A stretch of DNA of 63,901 nt, counting the filler, from Vannella sp. (Eukaryota), in assembly GCA_023345925.1 (NCBI GenBank). It is 6 parts of 6 records of this genome, joined end to end, with 100 filler letters (N's around TTAATTAATTAA, not from the genome) between each part and the next. Parts side by side here need not be neighbours in the genome. Positions count along the whole stretch, not along the records: positions 21,652 to 39,077 come from JAJQQN010000545.1; 5 more parts are not named here. One strand, given 5' to 3'. This document shows, one piece after another, positions 23,035 through 35,329 of this stretch (position 1 is its first letter; each line of letters starts with the position of its first letter). A model generated the notes under the pieces. It was not told the origin of the DNA. It did no database searches and saw nothing but the letters and a program-made list of their open reading frames with translations. A program made the translations under genes and the position numbers.

Positions 23035-26000
23035 TCAGAAAACAATGGGACGCGCAATATGCTGTGGCAAACTCTGAGTTTTCGCTACAAAGAAGAACGC
23101 GGCGTCAACCTCTTGTCTGATCCTCTGATATCGCACTTCAATCAAGAAAAGAATCGCCAAGGCACCGCCACCAGTATTAGGGATTTCAATGCTAGTGGGC
23201 CTATCACCAGTGATGTTAGCAAGATGGATAGTGATCAGCTGACGCGGAGAGCTGAAAATGGGCGCTAGAGAAATAGATTCAGGACCAGAGCCGAGACTTG
23301 AAGCTGTCGAAGGACGGTTCGAATTACTTAATGAAGAACTAATTGAAGTGAAACTACTTCCTGCAGAAGAAAAGCTCAAGGTCGCGGTCTCTCTTGGAAT
23401 CAAAATAGGCGAGCTCAATTGAACGCTCTCAGCGATAGAGAGAGAGCTTGTTTCTGATGGGCTTCTTGATTTGGTGCCTGAAAGGCTGAGTGATATTGAA
23501 GGAGACGAAAATTGGAAGGCCTGAGAGGTAGACGGCAACAAAGATTGCGCCGGAGGTGGAGAATCAAGAAAGCTCGCTGAGTCAGATATTGTTTGTGAAG
23601 GACTTACAGATTCGAAGGCAGAATATGAAGGGCTAGTAGATGTTGCTGGAGAGTCAGATACTGAGGGATGATTTGATGTCAGAGTACTTGATTGGGAGCC
23701 AAAAACAGAAAGGCTTCCAGTCGGAGATGTTGATTCTTTGGGATTTTCAGATTCAGAAACAGAAACAGAAACAGAAACAGAAGGGCTGCCAGAAATAGAT
23801 GATGCTCCCGAAGAGCTTTCTGATACAGTTGATGAAACAGAAGAGCTAAGTGAAACATATTGAGAATCAGATGCAGAGGTAGAGGGAAATGTTGTTAAAG
23901 ATGGAGAATCAGGTACTGAGGGAGAGTCTGGTGTTGTCTCTGAAAGACTTCTTGATTTGGAGATAGAAACAGAAGGACTGAATGATAAAGAAACAGACAA
24001 AGTGGAAGAAGGTGCTGCTAGAGATGGAGAATAAGAGGATGTGGGGGACCCTGATATTGATTCAGAAGGACTTGTGGACATAATGATAGAAACAGATGGA
24101 GTGAATGATTGAGAATCCGACAAAAGGGAAGACGCTGTTGGAGACAGAGAATCAGAGGCCGTGGGAGATTCTGAAGTTGAAGGACTCAATATTAAAGTCC
24201 CAGATGGAGAGGAAGAAGAAGAGCTTGTTAGAGACGGAGAAAAAGAGGCTATGGGAGACTTCGACGTTGTTTCCGAAGGACTTCTTGATACCAAGATAGA
24301 GGTAGATGGACTGAACGATAAAAAAACAGATAAAGAGTTAGAAGAAGATGCCGTTGGAGACAGAGAATCAGAGGCTGAGGGAGATTCAGATATTGTTTCG
24401 GAAGGACTTTTCGATAAGGACACTGAAACAGAAGGACTGAACGATAAAGAATCAGACGAAGTGCTAGAAGGAGATACTATGGGAGTTAATGAATTGGAGG
24501 CCGTAGGGGACTCCGATTTTGTTTCTGATTTAAAGACAGAAACAGACGGACTGGAAGATGAAGATCCAGATGCTGTGGGAGAAAGAGAGCCGGAAACTGT
24601 GGGAGACCCCGACATTGTTGCCGAAGGACTAGCTGATTTAGATCCGGAAGCAGAATGGCAGGTAGTCGGAGATGTTGTTCCCGAAGGACTTCCAGATTCG
24701 GTAGCAGAGGGCGAAAGGCTCAGCGACTTTGATGCGGACTCAGATGCTGACAAAGTTGGAGAGGTAGAGCCGGACGGTGTCTTCGACGTAGACTGCGTTG
24801 GAGACTTCGAAGGTGTCAGAGTCGAAGACGTGGAAGGACTGGCCGATGATGTTACAGACAGTGAAGGCGTCATCGAGATGGAAGGAGAGGATGAACAGTT
24901 AATGAAGATGCGGTTAGAAGGGAAGTCATCAGGAACCAAGTTCAAGTCAATTTTCCCTGATGTGGCCATTTTTGTCGTTAGAACAGAGGAACCGCACTGT
25001 CCTGATAATCCCGCGTTCACACTCACAGTCGAAACTGTAAGCGCAGACGTAGCAAAGTAACCACCACCTCCACCACCGCCGCCTCCATGCAAAGCATCAA
25101 CTGTGAGACCGTTCCCCCCTTCCAACAGCCAAGTGAACAATTCAGTCTGAAATGCAGTCTTGTTGTTGCAAAGAACTATCACAGTGCCTCCCGCCCCTCC
25201 TTTTCCCGGTTCAGATCGAAAAACAAAGAAACAGTCAAGTGGAGATGCTCACCTCCAGGTCCTCCATCTTCTACCAATGGCAGGTCTGGTCGTTCCTCCC
25301 CTCTGACATCGATTTCAGGATCTGGATAGAGAGGAATGATTTTGGCAAATGCATGGATGAACAGTAGGCCGCCACCGGATAGGCCAGCAGCCCAGATATT
25401 GCCCCCGTAGAAGCCGGCATCGTTCGGTGCAGGTCCACCTCCTCCTCCGCCTAAGCAGATAAGGACAGGATGTTGCATACAAAGACTCTTACCAAGATAC
25501 AATCTGGTCGCTGGATCAACTGGAACTGCAGCTCCTCCTAAACCCGCTTCAGAGTCGAGATTTGTGTAGTAAGTGGTACTGTAGTAGTTGGCTCGCCTTC
25601 CATCTCCTCCACTTCCAGCATTCGATCCACCACCTCCCCCACTATCAGTAAAGATTCCCCCTCCACCAGCGTTCCCAGGAGCGCCTTTTCCGCAATCCAA
25701 CTGGAGCGGGTAACTCGTTTCGGATAGAACCGTGTACCCGATGAATCCTTCTCCTTTTGGTCCATTGAAGGGCCCGCCACTGATTCTGGTGGCAATGGAG
25801 TCGTCTCGATAGTTGGAAGCAATCGGGATGGCTGTCGTGATGATTTCTGCAAATGGGACCGGAGGAGCCCCTCGGAACCCTTTGCCTTGGAGGCTTACGT
25901 TACCCAGATAGATCGTTTGTGCTAGAATAGCATAAACACCACCTGCCTCTCCATCCCATGGGGGAATGACTGGGGAGTCGATGGTAGCTTCGTCACAGAC

Positions 26001-26409
26001 AGGCACTCGGATGGCTTGGAAGCGACGATTCTCAGTGCTGGAATAGTTGTTGAGTAATGGTACTTCGAGTGTGATGTTGGATCCTTGGACGAGGGAGATC
26101 ACGGCGAACTCGTACAGACCAGCCTCCCCCAAGTCGGTGTAACCGTTCCCTGTCGCGTTGTTAGAACCGTAGTTAGCGTCGTTGGAGTTGCTGATAGACC
26201 CTCCTTGCATTTGAATGACCATGAGTACGTCTCCCGGCACAAGTCGCACAGCCAGCCACCTCCAATCGCCGATCAAAAGCTGTCAATCCGCGACAGTAAA
26301 CGACTTCCAGCCCTCCAGTGCCATTACAAGCTGAAGGACACGGAGTCGTACAGACCATCCAAGCAAACATTAACAGCAAAAAGAGCCGCCAGGTCATCGC
26401 AGCTACCAT
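23035..26409 (-). CDS. Secreted/surface protein: bacterial-like Gly-rich extracellular domain plus long Ser/Thr/Pro-rich stalk
   Basis: Signal peptide (MTWRLFLLLMFAW). Motifs PGDVLMVIQMQG, AGLYEF, FQAIRVP, WDGEAGGV, GKGFRG, GAPGNAGGGG, GGAGGTV and HGGGGGGGGG. GT-AG introns at ~25451-25492 and ~25200-25252. About 550 aa of Ser-rich degenerate repeats. A frame change near 26250-26300 needs a ~25-nt intron or a frameshift. Confidence 0.75.
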
Positions 26410-26461
26410 CAGGACCGAGAAAAGTGAATGAAACACACGACCCGATAGTTGGGAACTTTTG

Positions 26462-26485
26462 ATTGGCCAATTCGGACCAATCAGC
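26462..26485. promoter_or_regulatory. CCAAT-box cluster in divergent promoter
   Basis: ATTGG/CCAAT and GGACCAATCAGC (NF-Y-like consensus) lie between divergently transcribed genes. Confidence 0.45.
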
Positions 26486-26607
26486 ACCTCTTTTGGATGT
26501 CCTCCTCCAATCTCGTCGTAACTTCACACAACATCCAATCCTGTCAAGAATTCTGTTAGAAGGAACCTTCATAAGGAACCAACTTCTTCAACGCCACCTT
26601 TGAGGTG

Positions 26608-27843
26608 ATGGAAGCGGGCTTAGTGAGGTGAGGTGAAATGAAGGTTTTGGCGACTGGCTGACGAGGAGAAGTGTTGCGCCTATGTTCAAGGTGACAAATA
26701 GGCACTTTCGGTTCCTATGTCGAATGCTCAGCTCTCACTGCAACTTGTGGACGGAGATGTACGGTAGGATGACGATCAGCGGTCTATTCTGGGCTCAGAA
26801 ACTCACGTACACGCCATCTAGTGGACAAGATACTTACAAGAGGCTCAAGGCCACTTGATCAAGTCATTGGGGGCTTCCCAGGGGAGACAGGAACGACTCT
26901 ACAGCTTGCTGGGAACGATCCTGAGGAAATGGGGCGTGCTGCACAACTGAGCGTCGACTTTGGGTATCGCAAGATCAATCTCAACTGTGGATGTCCCAGT
27001 GATCGAGCCCAAGATCACTTTGGAGTGTCCCTCATGAAAGATCCTGGCCTGGTTCGGGCAATGTGCGAGTCGTTAGTGGCTGCTGTGGCTCACAGAGGGG
27101 TCAACCTCTCTGTCAAGTGTAGGAATGGTGTAGATGATGTTGATTCCTACGAGGACTTGAAGAAGTTCATCGGAATGGCCTCCTCCACAGGAATCGAAGA
27201 CTTTGTGATCCATTCTCGCAAGGCTCTGCTGGGCCTACGCACCCGCCAGAACTTCAGCGTGCCTCCTATCAACTACGAGTACGCGTATCAGCTCATTAAG
27301 GACTTCCCTGAGTGCCGTTTCGTTATTAACGGGGAAATTCAAACCGCCGAACACGTTCCCGTCCATCTGGCGAACGGAGTGAGGACTCTCTGGTTCTCAA
27401 TGATGTTTGACTGAGTCAATGAGGGTACAGGCACATGGTGTTATGATTGGAAGAGCATTCCAGAAGAACTTGTGGCTGTTGAGAGACTTTGAGAGAGAAT
27501 TGTACGGTTGTACGAGTACTTTGACCGTTCCTGAGGCTCTCAATGTGTATAGCAACTATGTTGTAGAGGAAATCACCAGGTAGACCTCCTCTTCAACGCC
27601 CCATCACGTCCTAATGATGTCTCAAGACTGCGGGATGCCAATCGAGTCCGTCCAACGACTGAGTTCCACCTAATGCTCCCCGTACACGGTCTCCTTTCAG
27701 GCATCCATCACGCAAAGGTTGCCAGACGCATTCTGGAGGACAAGAGCATCCCTGTGGAGTGCAAACTGCCTCACATAGTCTCCCTCCTTGGACAAGCGCC
27801 TTCCCCTTCAGACTCCCCTTCAGAAGTGCCTCTGAGAGAATGA
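26608..27843 (+). CDS. dusA: tRNA-dihydrouridine synthase, DusA-like, 5 exons
   Basis: Spliced SVAPMFKVTNRHFRFLCRMLS..LWTEM, LQLAGNDP, INLNCGCPSDRAQ, SVKCRNGVDD, IHSRKALLG, VPPINY, FVINGEI and GVMIGRA. Confidence 0.88.
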
Positions 27844-27904
27844 TAAGGTTCGAGGTTCAACCAAAGTCGTGTCCAACCGGGCATTTGCAGGGATCTGGTC
27901 GGTG

Positions 27905-29401
27905 ATGGGGACCTTCGGAGACTTGGTCATGGGGCGCGGTGTGGTGCCTTTGTGGCCAGGGTTCTTGTACTTTTTGCAGTTTGGCGCGTTTGCGGCTGTC
28001 AACCCGTACCTGGCGCTGTTCCTGGAGGATCAGGGGTTGTCGGAGGGAGAGATCGGGATCGCTTTGGCGATGATTCCGCTCGCCCGGTTCATTGGGTCAC
28101 CCATTCTGGGGTATATCTACGATAAGACGAATGAGAGCAAGATCGTGTATTGCGTGGTCATCGTGGGATGCGCTGTGCCCGTTCAATTCATCCTCTTTTC
28201 GTCAGACTTCCTCCTCCTTACGGGCCTAGTCCTCTTCTGGAGCTGCTTCTCCAGCACTATCTTTGGACTTACCAATCACGTCGCTTTGGCTCACCTGGAA
28301 GACAAGACACACTACGGGAAGTCCCGAATGTGGGGAGCCGTCAGTTTTGGAATGGTCTCTTTCAGCATTGGGCTTTGCATAACGAGATTCGGCAACCAGA
28401 TTGCGTTTATCACATACTTTATAGGATGCTGTATCTTCATGGCTTATGTATTCATCGGTAGATTCCGTATCCCACCAGGTCTCGCACATACTGTGATGAC
28501 CGAAGACATGGAGATCGATTTGGATGAGTTGGCGGACTCAGAGAGTGTCACCATGGATACAAAAGATAGTCAAGAAGTCTCTTTGGAAGCAGGAAATTCA
28601 ACTGAGCCAGAGACTGCAGAGCCAGACGAAGGAGAGTTATCTTCTTCAAACTCTAACTCTTTGAAGGTCCTTTTCGAAGTACTCTGGAGGAGGGAGGTTT
28701 TGGTTTTCTACTTTCTGGTGTATGTGATGGGCGTGGCATCTCAGATGATCCTCGCATTCCTTTTCATCTATTTGGAGTCTCTTGGAGCATCAGAGACTCT
28801 CATGGGATTCTCTATTGTGTTCACGGTTATGACAGAAGTCCCTTTCTTCTTCTTCAGTGGCATCTTACTCTCAACACTGGGAGAGGAGTGGATTCTGCTG
28901 ATGGGAATGGTGGCTTATGTCATCAGAATGTTTGGGTACTCCATGCTCACGAACCCTTGGTGGGTTCTGCCCTTCGAGCTTGCGCATGGCTTAACTTTCA
29001 GTGCCATGTACGCTGCCGGGATTCATTATTCCAGTAATATCTTCCCTCCCTCACTAGCCGCAACTGGCCAAGGCATTTTCATGGGAATCTACGGAGGCAT
29101 TGGCCCCTTTACTGGCAGCATTGTTGGAGGGTGGTTATATGAAGAATACGGTCCCCGAGTGATGTTCAGAGTGATGGCCGCGATTGTATCGCTCGGTATT
29201 CTCCTCCTTCTAGTCACTTATTGGTCCATTCTCAAGAGCCGATTGGGTGTTCTGCTGCATTCATGGATGGAAAGCATTCGACCCCTTCTTACAAAGACAA
29301 CTCCTTTCACTCCTATGCCAGAGGAAGTCTCTCCGCACTTGGACTCGGAAACTGACAGTCAACTCATACCCGATCCTGAGCCACTTCCTGAGCTTCCCTG
29401 A
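27905..29401 (+). CDS. MFS transporter (MFSD6/MFS_1_like), tandem copy 1
   Basis: About 12 hydrophobic segments. YGKSRMWGAVSFG, FLFIYLESLG, EVPFFFFSG and PWWVLPFELAHGLTF. Acidic central loop. Confidence 0.9.
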   Translation: MGTFGDLVMGRGVVPLWPGFLYFLQFGAFAAVNPYLALFLEDQGLSEGEIGIALAMIPLARFIGSPILGYIYDKTNESKIVYCVVIVGCAVPVQFILFSSDFLLLTGLVLFWSCFSSTIFGLTNHVALAHLEDKTHYGKSRMWGAVSFGMVSFSIGLCITRFGNQIAFITYFIGCCIFMAYVFIGRFRIPPGLAHTVMTEDMEIDLDELADSESVTMDTKDSQEVSLEAGNSTEPETAEPDEGELSSSNSNSLKVLFEVLWRREVLVFYFLVYVMGVASQMILAFLFIYLESLGASETLMGFSIVFTVMTEVPFFFFSGILLSTLGEEWILLMGMVAYVIRMFGYSMLTNPWWVLPFELAHGLTFSAMYAAGIHYSSNIFPPSLAATGQGIFMGIYGGIGPFTGSIVGGWLYEEYGPRVMFRVMAAIVSLGILLLLVTYWSILKSRLGVLLHSWMESIRPLLTKTTPFTPMPEEVSPHLDSETDSQLIPDPEPLPELP

Positions 29402-29476
29402 GTCATTCTAACGAGTGAAACCATGTAAAATACACTTTCGACTACAATTGGGGACCATTCGGTACTCGCTCCGGGC

Positions 29477-31066
29477 ATGGGAAAGGATCTGGCTGCCGCT
29501 TGGTCTCGGCTGCGGGAAGGGCGGGGTTTTGTCGACTTTGCTCCCTCTACGATGTACTTTGTTCAGTGTGGCGCATCTGCCATGTTGACACCCTTCTTGA
29601 GTGTCATTCTGAGTGGCAAATCCCTCTCAAAAGTGCAGATCGGCATCGTCTTAGCTTGCCAACCACTTTGTAGCTTCTTCGCGTCCCCCCTGGGAGGGTA
29701 TATCTACGACAGATCACGGGAAAGTAAGGTGGTTTGGTGCTTCTTTACAATGGCAGCTGCTCTGTCCATGCAGTTGGTGCTGATCACAGATAACTACTTT
29801 GCCCTGATGGGCATCATCTCCCTCACCACGTGCTTCTCCGAGCCCCTCAACTCGATCCTCAATCACTCTGTCATGGTCCACTTGGGAGAGAATAAGAAGG
29901 ACTACGGCCGCCACCGCTTGTGGGGAGCTGTAAGCTGGGGAATCGTCTCCTTTGTGATGGGGATCGTCCTCACTCACCAGCCCATCTACTGGTCGTTTGG
30001 AGGCTATCTGGCCGGGTACTCCTTCTATGCTATTCTTATTGTTGTATTCACATTCACCTCTGCTCATCCCACGCCTGTGTCAGAAGCAGAACTCGAAGAG
30101 AGTCAGGTTTCTCAATTAGAAGAAGGCCAGGTTAGCGATGACCCTTCCAGAGTAGACAAAACTATCAGCTCTGCTGATGAAACCAATTCAGATACGCCAT
30201 TCGCACTTCCTGAACCTGCTGTTTCTCAACCAATGGACGAGAATCTCAACACACTTTCAGATCTCGACCCCAAACTCGACCCAATCTCTGATTCTACCAG
30301 TGGTGATGAGAGTGATGCTCAAGTGGAGACTAGCACTCTCCGCATTATCTTGAAAGTGATGATGAAGAGAGAAGTGCTGGTCTTCTACTTCTTGGTCTAC
30401 CTAATGGGGGTGGCCACCTACATCATCTGGGGCTTTCTTTTCCTTTTCATCAAGGATCTAGGGGGTTCAGAGACCCTCATGGGGATATCTTTGGTCTTTA
30501 CCGTGGCCACAGAGATTCCTTTTTTCTTTTTCAGTGGCGCATTCCTTTCTGTCTTTGGAGAAGTCTGGTTGATTGCTTCAGCTATGATAGCATATATCAT
30601 ACGAGTACTAGGCTATTCTATACTCGTCAACCCTTGGTGGGTTCTCCCGCTGGAACTACTCCACGGCTTGACTTTTGGTGCAATGTACGCTGCCGGAATT
30701 CACTATTCCAGTACCCTCTTCCCTCCAGAGCTATCTGCGACTGGACAAGGCATTTTTAATGGTATATTCGCCGGCCTTGGCCCACTGACAGGAAGCCTAG
30801 CAGGTGGCTTTATGTACCAAACGTACGGCCCCCGAAGAATGTTCCGCGTTATGTCTTGCATTGTGTCACTGGGCCTTCTTCTCCTGTTCGCTACCTTTTG
30901 GAGGGAACTTTACACACGATTAGCCATCGCTAGTGCCCGTCTAAGAACATGGATAAGCTCTTCTGGACAACCTTCTCTCCAAAACACAACTGAATTGGAA
31001 CTATCTGAACTGCCAGTAGATCTGGAAGTGGAAGCTGAGTTGAAAGAAAACGCAATCCCCGGCTAG
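29477..31066 (+). CDS. MFS transporter (MFSD6/MFS_1_like), tandem copy 2
   Basis: Paralogue of the upstream gene: YGRHRLWGAVSWG, EIPFFFFSG, PWWVLPLELLHGLTFGAMYAAGIHYSS. Confidence 0.9.
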   Translation: MGKDLAAAWSRLREGRGFVDFAPSTMYFVQCGASAMLTPFLSVILSGKSLSKVQIGIVLACQPLCSFFASPLGGYIYDRSRESKVVWCFFTMAAALSMQLVLITDNYFALMGIISLTTCFSEPLNSILNHSVMVHLGENKKDYGRHRLWGAVSWGIVSFVMGIVLTHQPIYWSFGGYLAGYSFYAILIVVFTFTSAHPTPVSEAELEESQVSQLEEGQVSDDPSRVDKTISSADETNSDTPFALPEPAVSQPMDENLNTLSDLDPKLDPISDSTSGDESDAQVETSTLRIILKVMMKREVLVFYFLVYLMGVATYIIWGFLFLFIKDLGGSETLMGISLVFTVATEIPFFFFSGAFLSVFGEVWLIASAMIAYIIRVLGYSILVNPWWVLPLELLHGLTFGAMYAAGIHYSSTLFPPELSATGQGIFNGIFAGLGPLTGSLAGGFMYQTYGPRRMFRVMSCIVSLGLLLLFATFWRELYTRLAIASARLRTWISSSGQPSLQNTTELELSELPVDLEVEAELKENAIPG

Positions 31067-31308
31067 ATGAAGCAAATCTCGATTTCCGGACGAGATTCGT
31101 CCGGAATGGACATTCCACGAGACCTTCACCAGCCGAGGAGTGTCCTGAAGCCATCCTTGGTTGACAGATGCTATCATAAAGGACCTATTTATACTCCGCC
31201 ACCTTCCTAGACCCACTGACAAGTGCCTCGCTCAAAGCCTGAAAGAGGAAGAAAGACCTCCACCTTCCCACGGGGAGACAGCGACGTTGGATTCAAGATA
31301 GCGTACAT

Positions 31309-32389
31309 TCAATGTGTTTCTGATGGCTGGTCCAAAGGGCCCTCCGCCTCGTCGACAGCTTCCCCTAAAGAAAGAGGATCGGGACCAGGCAGCTCGTCTT
31401 CTTCCATCATGAAGACGAGGGGCGGGGAACTCATCAACTTGCGGTGTCTTCCACTAACGGGGGAGTTGCATGGGCTCACTTGCAGAGGGATGGGGGAACT
31501 GGGGTTGAGAGAAAGTGGGTTTGGCGCTGCCTGGGAAAGCCAACTTGGATCCCGTTTCAACGGAGCCTGGTCTGAACGAGATGGTGAAGAGGGCGTATTG
31601 GATTGCTCTGTTGTATGACTGGATCCCTCAGCGCTCTCTACCTCTCGCCTGAATGAGCGTTGAAGCTGGCTATGAGCGATCTTCAGTGCAATGAAGGACT
31701 TTCGTAGCTCATCTGTGAGATGAGAGTTGAGCGCCTTCAGCATGTCAACCTCTGTTAAGTCAATGTCTCCTTCTGGAGAGACGTCGTGAGCGCCAGAAGC
31801 GGCGCTCCCAAGTTTCTTCTTGAGACGAGAGATCTCCCTCTCCTGTTTGTGGACTGTGCTGAGGAGTGTTTCCATTTGCACTGCTTCGACAACACTCAGA
31901 TCGCTCTTCCCTGTACGCAGTGTTGCTCCTCGTGTAATCTCCCCTGTAGAGGAGACTGAGGGGGAGAGGGATCCCCGGCGAGAGGGCCGCGACTTGCTCT
32001 TGGACCTCTTCATTGTTTTGGATAGAATCACAGACACTTCTTTGAACCCCAACTCAAGACGAGAGCGAGGGCTCAAGAGAGGGAGTGGTGGCTCCGGTAA
32101 GACAGGGAGATCCTTCTGGTCGTAGTCTCGATTGTCCAGAAGGCTTTCTAGGAGAGCGTAAGGAACGAGGGGTATCTCTGGAAGAGCCTCCTCGTCATTT
32201 TGGGCCCTCTTCTTGCGAGCAACAGGAGACTCAAGGCGAGAAGAGATGGAGCGGTTGAAGATGGAATCCTCTCTGCCTCGACTCGCCAATCCCAGCTCCA
32301 CTCCCGAACAGCTTCTTCTCTTCTGTGTGCCCTGTCATCCAGTGAGTACCATCCTAGAAGGCCGTCTTGCAAAGGTTACGCACCTCCAT
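31309..32389 (-). CDS. Hypothetical Ser/Pro-rich coiled-coil protein
   Basis: A 330-aa ORF that extends to ATG 32389 through a short GTGCGT...CAG intron. Coiled-coil-like segments, no recognised domain. Confidence 0.6.
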
Positions 32390-32626
32390 GAGCCACCGTT
32401 CGCAAAAGTGCTCCGCCAAAATCCAGTTATTTTTGTATCACTTATCTTCGACCGGAATTTGACACCATAAAATCCCAACTAGAACCCATTTATGGATATC
32501 TCAAAAGTTCAACGACTAACTTTCTTCATTCTGGGAACATGAAACGAAAAGTTCCATATTTGGAGATTGGGGTGGACTCTTACACAACTCTCCACACAAC
32601 ACTGACCCGAAAGACCGCTCATTTTC

Positions 32627-34047
32627 ATGGCAGACTCGAGGGAAGACCTACAGCGGAAGCTGCAGATGATGACACCGGAAACTCGTGCAGCATTCATCAG
32701 CTTGCAAGTGAGCCAAATCAAGAGGACAGCTTCTTGCCAAGATGAGAGCACACCAAGGCGCTTTGATCTGGCTTCTCCAACCCGATTAGAAGCGCAATGG
32801 TGGGCTCAACAAACTGCGGACAGCAGGAAGCGCCTGAAAAAGACCAAAGCTCGACGGGCCATCCGCCAAAAGCTCCTTTTGAAGGAGTCCACAGCTCGCT
32901 CTCTTTTCAGTGTGAGTTCGTCACCGTCTGCTGCTCTCTTGACTCACAGGACAACTAGTTGGGGAAGAGGAACACTTACGAGCTACTACGAGTGACTTTA
33001 GGGCTTGTTGTGGAGCAAGAGTTCCCCCAACCACTCTGCAACGCCATCCTCCGGACTATGAGGACAAGCTCCCTACTCGTACTGGTCCAAGCACTTCTAA
33101 AGGACGCACTGGAAGAAGGAGAATCCTCCCAGACGACGCTTCTGCGGCTTGACAGTGGAGCAACCGCGATTATCGCTCACCACTTACGGAGGCACTGCGA
33201 TCCGTTCCTTCGGCAGGTTTGCCGTCCTCTCCTTCGGTTTGTGTGTAAGAGGAAGCACCCTTTAGAGCTGGATCCCTCTCGACTGCAGGATGCCACCAAG
33301 ATAGAGAAGAACGCAGTGAAACTGCGCCTTCTGGTCAAAGAGCTGATCCAGCGGGTTCACACATCACTTCACCTCTTCGATGAAGTCACAAGGGACATCC
33401 TACGGCTGGTCCACGACCAATGCAATGAGGAGGTGGAGGGAACGGGCCTCCCGATGGTGGCTTCCTTCGTCTTCCTTCGCTTTATCTGTCCCGCGATTGC
33501 TTCTCCCAAGGTATATGGACTATCTGAGGAGGATGTGACGAACGATCAACGGCGCACTCTCATCCTCGTCCTTAAAACCCTTCAGAACATCACCAACAAC
33601 GTCGGCTTTGACTCCAGAGAGAGCTACCTGATAGATATGAACCCTCTCATTGCCCAATACCACCAGGAGATCTCAGAGGACATGAAGCAGTTGGTTCTTC
33701 GAGAAGCGATCCCCACTCCCTCTTCCAATCGGTTCTTTGTGAGGAAGGTACTGGCAGGGAGCTTCTCCAGTAGCTCTTCTTCAGACATTGCTCCAGTAAC
33801 AGACCCAGAGGAGCGGCGGAAGCTTCACTTGGCCATATGTCGGTTCATCCATGACTATGCCTTTCAATCCTACCATTTGCTAGCCGAACAGGACACTCAG
33901 AAAGAGCTCCTTCAGCTCCTCCCTCAACTTATGGAAGAGTCACCAGCTGTCTCCGAAGTGCTTTCATCAGAGAGTGACTTGGACAGCGATGATCAATTGA
34001 GTCAGCTCTTGGAACTGCACAACGCTGATCCCTTTTATGTTGAATGA
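32627..34047 (+). CDS. Ras GTPase-activating protein
   Basis: Arginine-finger region TTLLRLDS, LELDP, the FVFLRFICPAIASP RasGAP signature and RRTLILVLKTLQNITN. Intron at ~32914-32958. Confidence 0.88.
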
Positions 34048-35329
34048 ATGTAAACTCTCCTCCCTTTCGTCATTCATCAAGTCCTATCTCCCCTCCTTCT
34101 TCCCTTTCAATCAATCATTCATCAATCACTTCACAACAAGCCCCGCGCGTTGTAGAACGCCAACTCAGTGATGAAGATTAAGAGAGCTTCCTTGCGGTGC
34201 GTTCTGATTCGCTGGAAGAGGAGATAAGGATTCGTTAATGTGGAACAACAGTGCATCCGGTCAGCTTTGCTACGTACCTGGCGCCATACAGTTCTGTGCA
34301 CTAGCTACCCATAACTTATCAGGTTTCGATAACTTGACCGGCGGCCGGAATCGGTCATTTCATAATGAAATCATGAACTCTCTCAGATGGTACTTGCGGG
34401 CCCTCTCAATTGAATTCCTGGAATTAGAAAGTTTGCGTCGATGCTTGTCCTTTATTTCCTCATGCAGTTTCACCACGCACCGTTCCTTGGTCTTCTGACG
34501 AAGTTCGCCTTTACCTTTGGGTTGGGTGTAGGCATTGGAAGTGAGTTCGGGGTGTTCCTTCATTTATCTTGGACTCACCTTCCTTTCAGAGCACCTGAAT
34601 GGCTCCCTCGCAGGTGAGTCCACAGAGTAAGTTCATTGCCTTGACTGACGTCTGAGATGCCATGATAGACCCCACATGGCTTAACAGTTTTGGTGGGTCC
34701 CCTCCAAAGATCGGAGAGATGACTAACCAATTTGATTGGAGTTGAGCAAACGGTGGGAACCGCATTGACAGTTTTGCTGGGAGAAAATCCCCAGATTGGC
34801 CGAGGAAAGCATCATGTAAGTTTGGCTTTATCTTTCGTCGCTTCTAATGAGCAGCAGTACTGGTCGCCCCTGCGAAGGTCATCGCTGGAGGTTCAATTAT
34901 TGTGGCATTTATCATCGCTTCCAGCAGCGCCATTGCAGCTTATCAGTTTACCCATAGACCACAAACAACGCCCCTCGTCGCCGTCGCCACTCCTGGGAAT
35001 CCTCAGAGATGAATGAACATTGGCTTTCATCGACAAACTAAAACACTGTTTACTGCAAGGGACGCATCCAATGGCAACCGAGGAAACACAGGGCCACGAC
35101 TTGAACATTTTCACTGCGTGGTTGTACAGCACTGGTTGGAAGCATCATTCCAACGACAACACAGGAAACACCAGCCGGAAAGGAGGGCACCTCTTCAAGT
35201 CGACGAATCATAAGACCCCCTGCACCTCGTAGTCGGGGAAAGGAGTCGCACACCCACCCTGCAGTCTTTGGTCCCAACAGTCTTCCTGGAAGTTATGAGT
35301 AGACGGCTGTCATTTTCTATCGTCGCCTG

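Noticed and set aside
24161..25060. 299-aa acidic ORF on + strand (similarly 63462-63848 on -)
   Set aside because: Antisense shadow of the Ser-rich stalk codons.
34168..34207. Box C (GTGATGA) and box D (CTGA) pair
   Set aside because: Only about 40 nt long, with no terminal stem or recognisable guide, so likely chance.
34580..34663. In-frame TGA after MASQTSVKAMNLLCGLTCEGAIQVL as possible selenocysteine
   Set aside because: No CxxU or known selenoprotein pattern and no SECIS recognised. The segment contains intron-like signals.
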